The position numbers were made by a program, and so were the translations under genes. Shown piece after piece: positions 1 to 9,321 of a DNA stretch of 64,000 nt. The stretch comes from Gammaproteobacteria bacterium (GTDB lineage Bacteria > Pseudomonadota > Gammaproteobacteria > UBA4575). The stretch lies in NCBI GenBank assembly GCA_965222615.1, contig CBDCUI010000007.1, positions 160,001 to 224,000 of the forward strand, written 5' to 3'. The notes below the pieces were generated by a model. That model searched no databases. It worked only from the letters and a program-made list of their open reading frames with translations, and was not told the origin of the DNA. Each line of letters begins with the position of its first letter. Position 1 is the stretch's first letter.

Positions 1-201
1 AATACCCATGGCGCCGATTCCTTTGCAGCCAATGTTGCCGCTATTGTACAGGGCAGTACCGAGACGACTTTTTATGTACTGGCTATTTATTTTGGTAGTG
101 TAGGAATCCAACGTGTACGACATGCCATTGGCTGTGGGTTGTTTGCTGACTTTGCGGGAGTGACGGCAGCGATACTACTTGGGTATTGGTTTTTCTCTTA
201 A
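1..201 (+). CDS. 3' end of spore maturation protein B-like / nucleoside recognition (Gate) membrane protein, partial
   Basis: Frame 1 reads NTHGADSFAANVAAIVQGSTETTFYVLAIYFGSVGIQRVRHAIGCGLFADFAG...WFFS*; the GSTETTFYVLAxYFG motif is typical of SpmB-like proteins. Confidence 0.85.
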   Translation, partial: NTHGADSFAANVAAIVQGSTETTFYVLAIYFGSVGIQRVRHAIGCGLFADFAGVTAAILLGYWFFS

Positions 202-403
202 GAGGGCTCTGATTTATTCTGAGACTTTGTTAAAAAATGTCTCGAAATGCTCATGTATTCGCATATATACTCCGCTTTGACTCGCACCTTCCTGGTGCTC
301 GGCCTACGGCTAGCAGAGCTTCCCAAATCTGCTCCCGGCAGATTTATCTCGAGATTTTTTGCCTCGTCTCAGGCGCTTTCGCTAATAAATCAGAACCCCC
401 TTA
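199..403. mobile_element. Non-autonomous palindromic MITE-like element, copy 1, with an internal ~69-bp insert
   Basis: Terminal inverted repeats TAAGAGGGCTCTGATTTATT / AATAAATCAGAACCCCCTTA; apart from 279-347 it closely matches the reverse complement of 1063-1198. Confidence 0.75.
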
Positions 404-408
404 GTACA

Positions 409-509
409 CTCCAGTGTGAGTCAACTAAAAACTTAATTGATAGTAAAAGATAGGTTCTAATAACTTATCTTTTATCGTCAATTAACTTTATAATTTGGAT
501 TACACCGAG
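409..509. repeat. Long imperfect palindrome (possible second MITE-type element)
   Basis: AATTGATAGTAAAAGATAGGTT pairs with AACTTATCTTTTATCGTCAATT; outer arms CTCCAGTGTGAG / TTACACCGAG. Confidence 0.5.
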
Positions 510-593
510 CTATTATTAAAGAAAGTTGTGATTTAATAATTAACTCTATTACTTACATTTACAATAAAACTACTTAATAGGATCTTTACTCAA

Positions 594-1031
594 ATGCAAC
601 AATTCCCTCATCACTATCACGCCAAAGCCCATGGACAACCTACCGGCATAGTAGCAACCCATTCAGGAGAATTAATACAACTAGATGTAGCCGCTCCCAA
701 GGAATTTGATGGCCCTGGTGATAAATGGTCACCTGAAGAACTTCTCGTCGCATGTGTTGCAAACTGTTTTATATTGACATTTCGTGCTATTGCGAACGCA
801 TCAAAATTACAGTGGTCCGAGTTAACTTGTGAAGCAAAAGGAATATTAGATAGGGTTGATCGAAAAGCTCAATTTACTGAAATGTTTATCAATGTCTCAC
901 TCGTAACCAATTCTCAGGAAGATGAAGAAAAAGTAGTGCGACTACTAGAAAAGGCTGAGAGTAATTGTCTGATTACCAATTCACTTACTGCAAAGACACA
1001 TTTAGAAACAAATGTATCTGTCGTTTCTTGA
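594..1031 (+). CDS. OsmC/Ohr family protein
   Basis: APKEFDGPGDKWSPEELLVACVANCF motif and second Cys in AESNCLITNSL. Confidence 0.9.
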   Translation: MQQFPHHYHAKAHGQPTGIVATHSGELIQLDVAAPKEFDGPGDKWSPEELLVACVANCFILTFRAIANASKLQWSELTCEAKGILDRVDRKAQFTEMFINVSLVTNSQEDEEKVVRLLEKAESNCLITNSLTAKTHLETNVSVVS

Positions 1032-1062
1032 AAAATCTGTTGTTAGCTACACAACAATCACC

Positions 1063-1198
1063 TAAGGAAGCTCTAATTTATTAGCGATAGCACCTGAGAC
1101 GAGGCAAAAAATGTCGAGAAAGCGGAGTGTATAAGTGAATACATGAGTATTTCGAGACATTTTTTAACAAAGTCTCAGAATAAATCAGAGCTTCCTTA
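1063..1198. mobile_element. Non-autonomous palindromic MITE-like element, copy 2 (no insert)
   Basis: Terminal inverted repeats TAAGGAAGCTCTAATTTATT / AATAAATCAGAGCTTCCTTA; core AAAGCGGAGTGTATAAGTGAATACATGAGTATTTCGAG; right end overlaps the TAA of the 1196-1759 gene. Confidence 0.8.
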
Positions 1199-1759
1199 TT
1201 TTAGTAATTTAGTAATCAGCTTTTCAATCTTCTTAGCATTACGATCGCCTTCATGCGTCTCACCGATAAATGCGCCTCGAATCTTACCTTCCTTATCGAC
1301 AATATAATAAGCAGGCCAATAGCGATTGCGTAAAGCACGCCAATAAGCGAAATCGTTATCCATCATCACTGGATGATGTAACATAAATTCTTCAACTTTT
1401 TTCACAACATTATCGCGCTTTTTTTCACGATCGAATTCTGGAGTATGAATACCGATGACCTGAAAATCCTGATCAGCAAATTTTTCTTCTAATTTGCGTA
1501 ACCAAGGAAAAGATCGATAACAATTCCAACAACCAAACGTCCAAACATCGATAAGTATAACCTTACCGCGTAAATCAGCTGCTGTTAGGGGTTGAGAATT
1601 AATCCATGCCGCAGAATCAACTTGAGTGAATTCAGGCATTTGATCAGGTGGATTTAATTTTTTTGCAAAAACTGTCGCACTAACGAGCATTAAAATAGCA
1701 AAAGCGATACCAACGTAAGCGAGTCGATCACGAATGTTATGTTGCATTAATCTATTCAC
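1196..1759 (-). CDS. Exported thioredoxin-like redoxin (TlpA/DipZ C-terminal-like)
   Basis: N-terminal hydrophobic segment, LRGKVILIDVWTFGCWNC (CxxC), IGIHTPEF, RYWPAYYIVDKEG. Confidence 0.85.
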   Translation of the reverse strand: MNRLMQHNIRDRLAYVGIAFAILMLVSATVFAKKLNPPDQMPEFTQVDSAAWINSQPLTAADLRGKVILIDVWTFGCWNCYRSFPWLRKLEEKFADQDFQVIGIHTPEFDREKKRDNVVKKVEEFMLHHPVMMDNDFAYWRALRNRYWPAYYIVDKEGKIRGAFIGETHEGDRNAKKIEKLITKLLK

Positions 1760-2747
1760 TATTTACCTCCACAAGCACTCTACCCTGAAGTTCATTGTTT
1801 AACAGCTTGTTAAATACATCGGGTAAATCAGCTAATTTTGATGTCTGCGTATGAATTCTTGCAATATGATCCGGATGTAGATCATTTGCTAAACGCTGCC
1901 ATATCTCTTTACGTAAATCCTGTGGACAATTAGACGAACTTACACCTAACAAGTTCACACCCCGTATTATAAAAGGCATGGTTGACAGCTCAAATTGAAT
2001 ACCACCCGCAATACCTACACTTACAACATTCCCCCAAGCTTTTGTGGCACGTACGAGTTTACTTAATGTTGAACCTCCAACATTATCAATTGCACCAGCC
2101 CAACGAGTTTTTTCCAAAGGCCCATCGCCAACATCAATTTTTTCACGCCCCACTACTTTATGCGCACCAAGCTGAACCAAATACTCTTTTGCCTCTTTTG
2201 TACCCGTAACTGCTATCACCTCGAATCCAAGCTTATGCAATAAATCCACTGCAAAACTTCCCACTCCACCGCTTGCACCGGTTACAACAATCGGACCATC
2301 CTCTGGTTGTTGCTCATTTTGTTGCATAAGGTGTATACACAAAGCAGCGGTAAACCCCGCAGTACCAATAATCATACTTTGACTAAGTGTTAGCCCCATG
2401 GGCAGCGGCACTACCCATTCTGCGGGTACACGAGCAAACTCAGCATACCCTCCATCATGCACTTCACTGAGACCACTACCATTTACAATAACTTGATCAT
2501 CAGGTTGAAACGCAGAATCTGAAGATTCAACAACCTCTCCGGCAAGATCAATCCCTCCTACCAATGGAGAACGTCTTAAAATTTTAGCCTTACCGGTTCC
2601 CGCAAGTGCATCTTTGTAATTAACACTAGAATAGCGCACACGAATCACGACATCACCGTCAGACAAATCATCTAAACTAAGTTGCTCTATTCCAGCTTTT
2701 GTGCCTTCTTCGTTTGAATGAATGTGAAATGCCGAAAATTTTTTCAT
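1752..2747 (-). CDS. YhdH/AcuI family quinone oxidoreductase (acrylyl-CoA reductase-like)
   Basis: YSSVNYKDALA, GIDLAG, GTAGFTAAL, VTGASGGVGS, PFIIRGVNLLG motifs. Confidence 0.88.
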   Translation of the reverse strand: MKKFSAFHIHSNEEGTKAGIEQLSLDDLSDGDVVIRVRYSSVNYKDALAGTGKAKILRRSPLVGGIDLAGEVVESSDSAFQPDDQVIVNGSGLSEVHDGGYAEFARVPAEWVVPLPMGLTLSQSMIIGTAGFTAALCIHLMQQNEQQPEDGPIVVTGASGGVGSFAVDLLHKLGFEVIAVTGTKEAKEYLVQLGAHKVVGREKIDVGDGPLEKTRWAGAIDNVGGSTLSKLVRATKAWGNVVSVGIAGGIQFELSTMPFIIRGVNLLGVSSSNCPQDLRKEIWQRLANDLHPDHIARIHTQTSKLADLPDVFNKLLNNELQGRVLVEVNSE

Positions 2748-2764
2748 AGATAAATTTTTATTGT

Positions 2765-3892
2765 TTAATTTTGTAGCATAGAAAACAATTCATGGGCTTT
2801 GTTTAGCGTATCTGATCCCAATGTACCCAATACACTAAAATGACCCATCTTTCTTCCAGGTCGAGCTTCTTTTTTTCCATATAAATGTAGTTTTATATGA
2901 TTACCCAACATGATTTTTGACCAATCAGGTTGCTCCGGTTTCCATAAATCACCCAAAAGATTCACCATCGTCACAGCACTATGGCATGTCGAATTTCCTA
3001 AAGGCAATCCACAAATAGCTCGAACTTGCTGCTCAAACTGCGAGGTATAACATGCGTCGATTGTATAATGACCGCTATTATGAGTCCGCGGCGCCATTTC
3101 ATTGAAAAATAAATTACCTTTGGAATCGATAAAAAACTCAACTGCAAGCACACCCACGTAATCTAATGCCTCAGCTATCTTTTGTGTATAAGACCTTGCC
3201 AAGTTTTGTAATTCTTCATTCACTGTAGCAGGAACTGTGCTAGTAAATAAAATCCCATCTTTATGAATATTTTCTGCAACTGGGAAAAAGCTAATCTCAT
3301 TATGCACCGAACGAGCAAGCACGACTGAAACTTCACCAGTAAGATCAATCTTTTTTTCTAGCACACATTCTACATTTGCTAAATCATTCCATCTTTGTAT
3401 ACATTCTTGCACAGAATTTACAAATGCCTGACCTTTGCCGTCATAGCCTAGGCGAGTGGTTTTTAATATTAGAGGGGCATCGAGCGCTTTAAATGCTTTC
3501 TGAATATCTTCTTCATTATTTACTGAGTGAAATGGGGTTGGTGGGACATCCACACTCTGAGCAAATTGTTTTTCTTTTATGCGATCCTGCGCAAGTTCTA
3601 ATGCACGCGCACTGGGCGATATTTGACATGTCTTTTCTAGATACTCAAACACTTCTGCTGGTACATTTTCAAATTCGGTGGTAATAACCGCACATTCTTG
3701 TGCTAAGGCTTTAAGAGAATGCGCATCATCGTAATTTGCTTGCAAATGTAAGTGAGAAATTTCACCTGCAGGACTGGAAGAATTAGGGTCGAGCACAATC
3801 ACTCGATAACCCATCGAGGTTGCTGCATGCACAAACATGCGGCCCAATTGGCCGCCTCCTAACATACCGAGTGTTGCGCCAGGTAAAATCAT
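2765..3892 (-). CDS. purK: N5-carboxyaminoimidazole ribonucleotide synthase
   Basis: LGMLGGGQLGRM, TTEFENVP, GYDGKGQ, NEMAPRTHNSGH, HLYGKKEARPGRKMGH; downstream of purE. Confidence 0.97.
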   Translation of the reverse strand: MILPGATLGMLGGGQLGRMFVHAATSMGYRVIVLDPNSSSPAGEISHLHLQANYDDAHSLKALAQECAVITTEFENVPAEVFEYLEKTCQISPSARALELAQDRIKEKQFAQSVDVPPTPFHSVNNEEDIQKAFKALDAPLILKTTRLGYDGKGQAFVNSVQECIQRWNDLANVECVLEKKIDLTGEVSVVLARSVHNEISFFPVAENIHKDGILFTSTVPATVNEELQNLARSYTQKIAEALDYVGVLAVEFFIDSKGNLFFNEMAPRTHNSGHYTIDACYTSQFEQQVRAICGLPLGNSTCHSAVTMVNLLGDLWKPEQPDWSKIMLGNHIKLHLYGKKEARPGRKMGHFSVLGTLGSDTLNKAHELFSMLQN

Positions 3893-3998
3893 TACAATCC
3901 CATGTGAGCTTGATATTTTTCGTTCTTTGAATGCCTCATTCCATGCAGAATTTTATGTAGGTGAAACTTCTTACTACAAGAAAAACAACATTACATCA

Positions 3999-4076
3999 GT
4001 CATTGCGAACGTAGTGAAGCAATCCAGTATAAATAAAGATGGACTGCCACGCTGTCTAACGACAGCTCGCAGTGAC
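3999..4076. repeat. REP-like palindromic element (GTCATTGCGA...TCGCAGTGAC type)
   Basis: GTCATTGCGA-ACGTAGT-GAAGCAATCC...GGACTGCCACG...CTCGCAGTGAC; second copy at 16301-16440. Confidence 0.7.
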
Positions 4077-4121
4077 CAATTCTTCGTTCAACATGTTAAA
4101 TACAAAACATTACACATTAAG

Positions 4122-4610
4122 CTAGTCTGGAAGTTGAGTTTTTAAAACCTTTTCCGATTGTGATGCACGGAATTCTTCTAATTTCGTTTTCAATGCAGAA
4201 TCATTATTAGCCAACATGGCAACTGCAAATAAACCTGCATTTGCCGCCCCGGCTTCACCAATTGCAAAAGTAGCAACCGGCACGCCTTTAGGCATTTGCA
4301 CAATTGAATACAATGAATCTTGACCAGAAAGATGCTTACTTGGAACGGGAACACCTAACACAGGTACCGTAGTCATTGCGGCGACCATTCCAGGTAGATG
4401 GGCAGCGCCTCCCGCACCAGCGATAATACATTGAATACTACGTGAGGCTGCGCTTTCCGAAAATTCTGCCATCAATTTTGGTGTACGATGGGCAGAAACT
4501 ACGCGCTTTTCATACAATATGCCGAATTGGTCCAGAATTTCTGCCGCAGCTTGCATTACGGGCCAATCACTATCACTGCCCATGATAATACTCACTTGTG
4601 GATTGGCCAT
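4122..4610 (-). CDS. purE: N5-CAIR mutase
   Basis: [42 protein letters not shown]. Confidence 0.98.
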   Translation of the reverse strand: MANPQVSIIMGSDSDWPVMQAAAEILDQFGILYEKRVVSAHRTPKLMAEFSESAASRSIQCIIAGAGGAAHLPGMVAAMTTVPVLGVPVPSKHLSGQDSLYSIVQMPKGVPVATFAIGEAGAANAGLFAVAMLANNDSALKTKLEEFRASQSEKVLKTQLPD

Positions 4611-4716
4611 GTCGATACCTCTATTATGCTAACCGAAAAAATGAAACGCGCATTTTGGCTGAGACAGCCAAATAAAACCAGTCCACTAAGGATATTTAGC
4701 ATATAAGGATATATAG

Positions 4717-5601
4717 GTGTTATTCGAATCCAACCTAAAATCGCTCAAAAAGGTCTATCAAGGCAAAGTCAGAGACATTTACGAGGTTGATGATCAGCAC
4801 TGGCTGATCGTCACCAGTGACCGGCTTTCTGCCTTCGATGTGATATTGCCAGATCCCATCCCTAAAAAAGGCATCGTACTCACCACAGTATCTAATTTTT
4901 GGTTTAACCGATTCTCTAATAAAGTAAAAAACCATCTTAGTGAAATTAAACTTGAAGACGTCATTAAAGATCAAGATGAATTAGTGCAACTAAAAGATCG
5001 AAGTGCTATAGCGCGCAAAATGAAGGCCCTTCCCTTTGAAGCTATTGTACGTGGGTATATCATTGGTTCAGGTTGGAAGGAATATCGAAATACTGGTGCT
5101 ATCTGTGATGTAAAATTACCTCCTAACCTAAAACAAGCACAACAATTAGATGCACCCATATTCACACCTTCAACAAAAGCAGCCGTAGGTGATCATGACA
5201 TTAACGTCAACTTTGGAAAAATTATCGAGCTAGTTGGGAAAGAAGTTGCTGAAAAAATTCGTGAAATAAGTTTACAAATTTATACTGAAGCTGCTGAATA
5301 TGCTTTAGAACGCGGCATTATCATCGCAGATACAAAATTTGAATTTGGTTTAGACGAAAACGAAGAAATTGTATTAATTGACGAAGCTCTTACACCCGAC
5401 TCCTCCCGTTTTTGGCCACAAGACACATATAAAGTTGGAGAGAGCCCTAAAAGTTTTGACAAACAATATGTGCGTGACTATTTAGAAACTTTAGATTGGA
5501 ATAAAAAAGCGCCCGGACCAAAGCTCCCCCAAGAAATTATTGAAAACACGAGCAAAAAATATTTAGAAGCATGTGAACGATTGACAGGAAAAATACTTTA
5601 A
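4717..5601 (+). CDS. purC: Phosphoribosylaminoimidazole-succinocarboxamide synthase
   Basis: GKVRDIY, SDRLSAFD, ADTKFEFG, DEALTPDSSRFW, SFDKQYVRD. Confidence 0.97.
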   Translation: MLFESNLKSLKKVYQGKVRDIYEVDDQHWLIVTSDRLSAFDVILPDPIPKKGIVLTTVSNFWFNRFSNKVKNHLSEIKLEDVIKDQDELVQLKDRSAIARKMKALPFEAIVRGYIIGSGWKEYRNTGAICDVKLPPNLKQAQQLDAPIFTPSTKAAVGDHDINVNFGKIIELVGKEVAEKIREISLQIYTEAAEYALERGIIIADTKFEFGLDENEEIVLIDEALTPDSSRFWPQDTYKVGESPKSFDKQYVRDYLETLDWNKKAPGPKLPQEIIENTSKKYLEACERLTGKIL

Positions 5602-6202
5602 CTCGTATAGTGTTCAACAAGCAACAATTTCCAAAGCTTGTTTATCGATACAGGGCTTCAAACACAATAGCTTTGATATCGCGTTGAATGATCCTTGTAA
5701 ATTTAAACGGTCTATTTAAAAATGCAAGGATAATTGAGTGTCAAATCACGAAAATTTCACTCGAAATTGCTCTTCATTTTGAATGGGACATATAGATCAC
5801 TTATACACACCGTGACCTTTAACACCTGTAAAACTGAAATAGGCTCAACCCAACACAATGAAAATTTACTATGTGCAACTTAATTCTTCTCTCTACCAAT
5901 AACTGGTATCGTTATAAGGGGCAAATCAGTGTTTGTATGAACATACCTTTGTTTAGAGCCCAATTAAAAAATAAACCATACAACAAAACAGCAGACAAGA
6001 AACCTTTAATTTCTAAAACACTAGTCGGATAAGTCTGTTATCAGTTCATCTAGTCTCCAATCAAAAGACATTTTTTCTTTTACCGTTAATCACGATTTAA
6101 TAACCGTTTATCTTGGGCGACATGTTGGCTCTTTTTAATTCGTGAAAATACACAACTTCACGCTTCGATAATAAGTTACTCACAAGAGAGGGGGCAGTCA
6201 AG

Positions 6203-7225
6203 ATGAGACTCTTATATAGACTCTGTAACAAAGTAGTGGCCTTAATATTTTGTTTGTTGATCAATTCATTTTGCATTGTTCAAGCAGAGCCTGGTTTTGG
6301 TGACAATGTTGATGCATTTTGTGTGGGGAAACCAGGTTTTGAAAACCCACCGGTATTTGGTGGTCTTATACTTGAGAATTGTGCTAAATGTCATAATCCA
6401 GCCAATAAAAATCTAGATCAGACACCTGCATTTGATCTATACAAAAAAGCCAAAGGTGGAGACTACTCTGCCCTATGTGATTATATTTCACCACCAATAC
6501 CAATGTGTACAGATGCTGACCTTGATGGCTTTTATATGGAGCCTAATTGTGGCACCCCTGTAGATTGTAACGATAACGATGCCATGATTAATCCTTTGGC
6601 GGATGAAATTTGCACAGATGGAAAAGACAACAACTGTAATGGTTTAGTCGATAGTGCCGATCTAGCTGTACAAAATTGTCCGATACCTAACGCCTGTACA
6701 GATATGGATAAAGATAGCTTTTCAATAGAAGGTGGTACTTGCGGTCCAATAGATTGTAATGACAATAATGCAATGATCTATCCAGGTGCGGTAGAACTTT
6801 GCGCAGATAAAATTGATAATAACTGTAGTGGTAAAGTTGATCTCGCTGACCCTGCGGTAGATAAAAATACTTGTCCAGTTGAATGTATTGACGAAGACAA
6901 AGATGGATACAGTATTACCGGTGGCGAGTATTGTGGCCCAATAGATTGTAATGATGCAGATGCCTTCGTAAATCCTGGTGTAGCAGAAGTTTGCAGCGAT
7001 AATATCGATAATAACTGTAATGGCACGGTCGATACAGCAGATCAATATTGCCCAGCCATGGATCCTAAGGCTAAATTAAAAGAGTTAAAAGATCAGATTA
7101 AACAGCACAAACGAGATTGTAAAACTAAAGAAAAGCAGCTCAAAAAAGAATACGAAGCGCTAAAAAAACAAATGGAGCAAGCTAAAGAGCGCGAAGACGA
7201 TGAAGATGATGAAGATGAAGACTGA
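6203..7225 (+). CDS. Secreted protein with one CxxCH heme-c motif, three Cys/Asp-rich putative metal-binding (MopE-related) repeats and a coiled-coil/acidic tail
   Basis: Signal-like N-terminus ending VQA, CAKCH, three DCND-x-NPG-x-E-x-C-x-D-x-DNNC-x-G-type units, K/E-rich tail ending EDDEDDEDED; GAGGGGG ribosome site. Confidence 0.75.
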   Translation: MRLLYRLCNKVVALIFCLLINSFCIVQAEPGFGDNVDAFCVGKPGFENPPVFGGLILENCAKCHNPANKNLDQTPAFDLYKKAKGGDYSALCDYISPPIPMCTDADLDGFYMEPNCGTPVDCNDNDAMINPLADEICTDGKDNNCNGLVDSADLAVQNCPIPNACTDMDKDSFSIEGGTCGPIDCNDNNAMIYPGAVELCADKIDNNCSGKVDLADPAVDKNTCPVECIDEDKDGYSITGGEYCGPIDCNDADAFVNPGVAEVCSDNIDNNCNGTVDTADQYCPAMDPKAKLKELKDQIKQHKRDCKTKEKQLKKEYEALKKQMEQAKEREDDEDDEDED

Positions 7226-7277
7226 AATCATCTTCACTAATACAAATAAATATTGCATGTAAAGATGCAATGTGTGG

Positions 7278-7304
7278 AAAGGGGCTTTTACTAGCCCCTT
7301 TTTT
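7278..7304. terminator. Intrinsic, probably bidirectional terminator
   Basis: AAAGGGGCT-tttact-AGCCCCTTTTTT between convergent genes. Confidence 0.8.
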
Positions 7305-7314
7305 ATTTTTGCTG

Positions 7315-8481
7315 CTAAAACTTGATTGTGTATCGTATATAATAATCCCACTCTCTGCGTTTGCGTTCTGCACTAGTTCTTTTATCAATATCTTCTCGAT
7401 TGCGTATGCGAGCTTCTAACTTCTGGTTTTTTGTAACCTGCCAACGATACCTAGTTTCAAATAACTCTTGGTTGTTGCCAAAATCCCCGGACAGTAACCA
7501 AGCTCCACCAGTTTGGGCATATACCATACCAATGCTATGTTTTGGCCAAATATCGATAAGATTAAAACTAGTTTGAAAAGCCAAACCATTGGTATCTTTA
7601 TCTCCACCAGTTCGAATTGCAGACTTTCTTGGCTTATCAAAGGCATAACCAAGTTCATTACCCCATAGAAACTTTGTCCCTTTTTCGCCCAGCGGCCATT
7701 GCATGGCAAGACGCCCACTGATTGCAGTGTAATCTTCAATACTGCCAGTTGCGTTCCCGTCACGTTGTAAAGCATCGGGAATATGCGTGATATCAATGCC
7801 TTTCTGAATGACGGTTTTAGTTTTATCCTTTTTCTCAACACCTAAATAATAGGTGATATGGCTATCGCTATCTTCAAAATCCAAAGGACTTCGTCTAACC
7901 GTGGTAGGACCCTCATCTTTACTTCGCTGCAATATCGCATGCAAATCCCACCCATTTGGAATGGTGTATTTAACATGCACACCATCGGTCCAGGTTATAT
8001 TGGTATTGTCACTATCATTTCTAGAAAATGATTTTTTAGCAACACCTTCTAATTCAAACTTGGTTTGAAACCGCCCTACTTTTATATCTAGCTTCTCATC
8101 GGGGTTATAACGAAAATAAAACTCATCTATAGTGGAATCCCCTAACCTGAGACCACCACCACTTGGAATCGATTCAAAAATTTCAAAATGATAAGTATTA
8201 AAGCGGTCGTCAGAACTATAACGACCTGCAAAACGAATTTTGCCACTGAATGAATCTGTAAAATTTAACTGCGTACCCACTCGCGCACGAATTCGCAGTT
8301 CGTCTCTACGAGAGTGCTCACCATTTCGATCATCTCTGTCTCTACCAAACGCCCCAAAACGCACATCACCACTAAACTGTACTATATCTTTATCATTCGA
8401 ATACACTTGCGTAGCCAAATTACATGTGAGAAAAAATAGAAGCGCCAATCGCCACATGTTAGTGACTCCATAAAAAAACAT
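7315..8481 (-). CDS. Putative outer-membrane porin / beta-barrel protein
   Basis: Signal peptide (likely start at MWRL, 8457), FSGDVRFG...LRIRARVG, amphipathic strands, C-terminal YYIRYTIKF. Confidence 0.7.
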   Translation of the reverse strand: MFFYGVTNMWRLALLFFLTCNLATQVYSNDKDIVQFSGDVRFGAFGRDRDDRNGEHSRRDELRIRARVGTQLNFTDSFSGKIRFAGRYSSDDRFNTYHFEIFESIPSGGGLRLGDSTIDEFYFRYNPDEKLDIKVGRFQTKFELEGVAKKSFSRNDSDNTNITWTDGVHVKYTIPNGWDLHAILQRSKDEGPTTVRRSPLDFEDSDSHITYYLGVEKKDKTKTVIQKGIDITHIPDALQRDGNATGSIEDYTAISGRLAMQWPLGEKGTKFLWGNELGYAFDKPRKSAIRTGGDKDTNGLAFQTSFNLIDIWPKHSIGMVYAQTGGAWLLSGDFGNNQELFETRYRWQVTKNQKLEARIRNREDIDKRTSAERKRREWDYYIRYTIKF

Positions 8482-8512
8482 ATTAAAGTATCCGCTTACT
8501 GTAAAAGAATAA

Positions 8513-8597
8513 ATGTAGCCAAAATGTAAACAGATAAGTCTATGAATGATAGAATGTTTTAATTTAAGAACACCATGTGTTTACATATTATTTACAT
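8513..8597. promoter_or_regulatory. Divergent promoter with 11-bp-spaced TTTACAT direct repeats (candidate OmpR-family boxes)
   Basis: Plus strand TTTACAT at 8580 and 8591; minus strand TTTACAT (8530-8524) and GCTACAT (8519-8513). Confidence 0.55.
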
Positions 8598-8640
8598 TCT
8601 TAGTTGTACAGTAGCTAGATAAAATACATCCTAGAATGCT

Positions 8641-9321
8641 ATGCAAGTCTTAATCATTGAAGATAATGCTGAAATCGCAACAAATATTGGCACCTATTTA
8701 GAAACCAAGGGGCACGCAATTGATTTTGCTTCTGACGGTGTTACCGGCCTACATTTAGCAGTGACCAATACTTATCATGTTATTGTGCTCGATTTAATGC
8801 TACCTGGTATGGATGGTTTAGAAGTCTGTCGCAAACTACGAGAAAGTTCTTCCTTACATGTCCCCGTGTTAATGCTAACCGCAAGAGATACCATTGAAGA
8901 TGTTGTACAAGGCTTTGAAGCCGGCAGTGATGACTATTTGATAAAACCATTTTCACTACAAGAGCTTGAAGTGCGTATTGATGCCCTGCATCGACGTGCA
9001 AGTCGACAATATGATAATCCTATTTTATGTGTTGAAGATGTCGAAATTAACTTAGAAAAACATACTATTATCCGTGCGGGTAAAAATATACAACTCAAAC
9101 CTGCAACCATGAGAATTTTAGTTTACCTCATGCGTAACACTCACCGTGTCGTCACCAGAAAAGAATTAGAGCTTGAGATATGGGGCGACACACCTCCCGA
9201 AGGAGATCCACTACGAGCTCATATCTATAATATACGTAATAGCTTGGATAAGCCCTTTGATCAAAAATTAGTGCATACTGTACATGGTGTAGGCTATAGA
9301 ATAGCGAAACAAAATGGTTAA
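8641..9321 (+). CDS. OmpR/PhoB-family response regulator
   Basis: LIIEDN, VLDLMLPGMDG, PVLMLTA, DDYLIKPF, winged-helix end HTVHGVGY. Confidence 0.95.
   Translation: MQVLIIEDNAEIATNIGTYLETKGHAIDFASDGVTGLHLAVTNTYHVIVLDLMLPGMDGLEVCRKLRESSSLHVPVLMLTARDTIEDVVQGFEAGSDDYLIKPFSLQELEVRIDALHRRASRQYDNPILCVEDVEINLEKHTIIRAGKNIQLKPATMRILVYLMRNTHRVVTRKELELEIWGDTPPEGDPLRAHIYNIRNSLDKPFDQKLVHTVHGVGYRIAKQNG

Noticed and set aside
247-453. 68-aa ORF
   Set aside because: Lies across the MITE and its insert; no recognisable protein features
3837-4145. 102-aa plus-strand ORF
   Set aside because: Antisense to the purK and purE ends and crosses a REP element
5602-6202. Hidden gene or pseudogene in the 600-bp gap after purC
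   Set aside because: No ORF in the supplied track; the one frame I translated by hand had no start codon, and only an imperfect hairpin near 5690-5732 stood out
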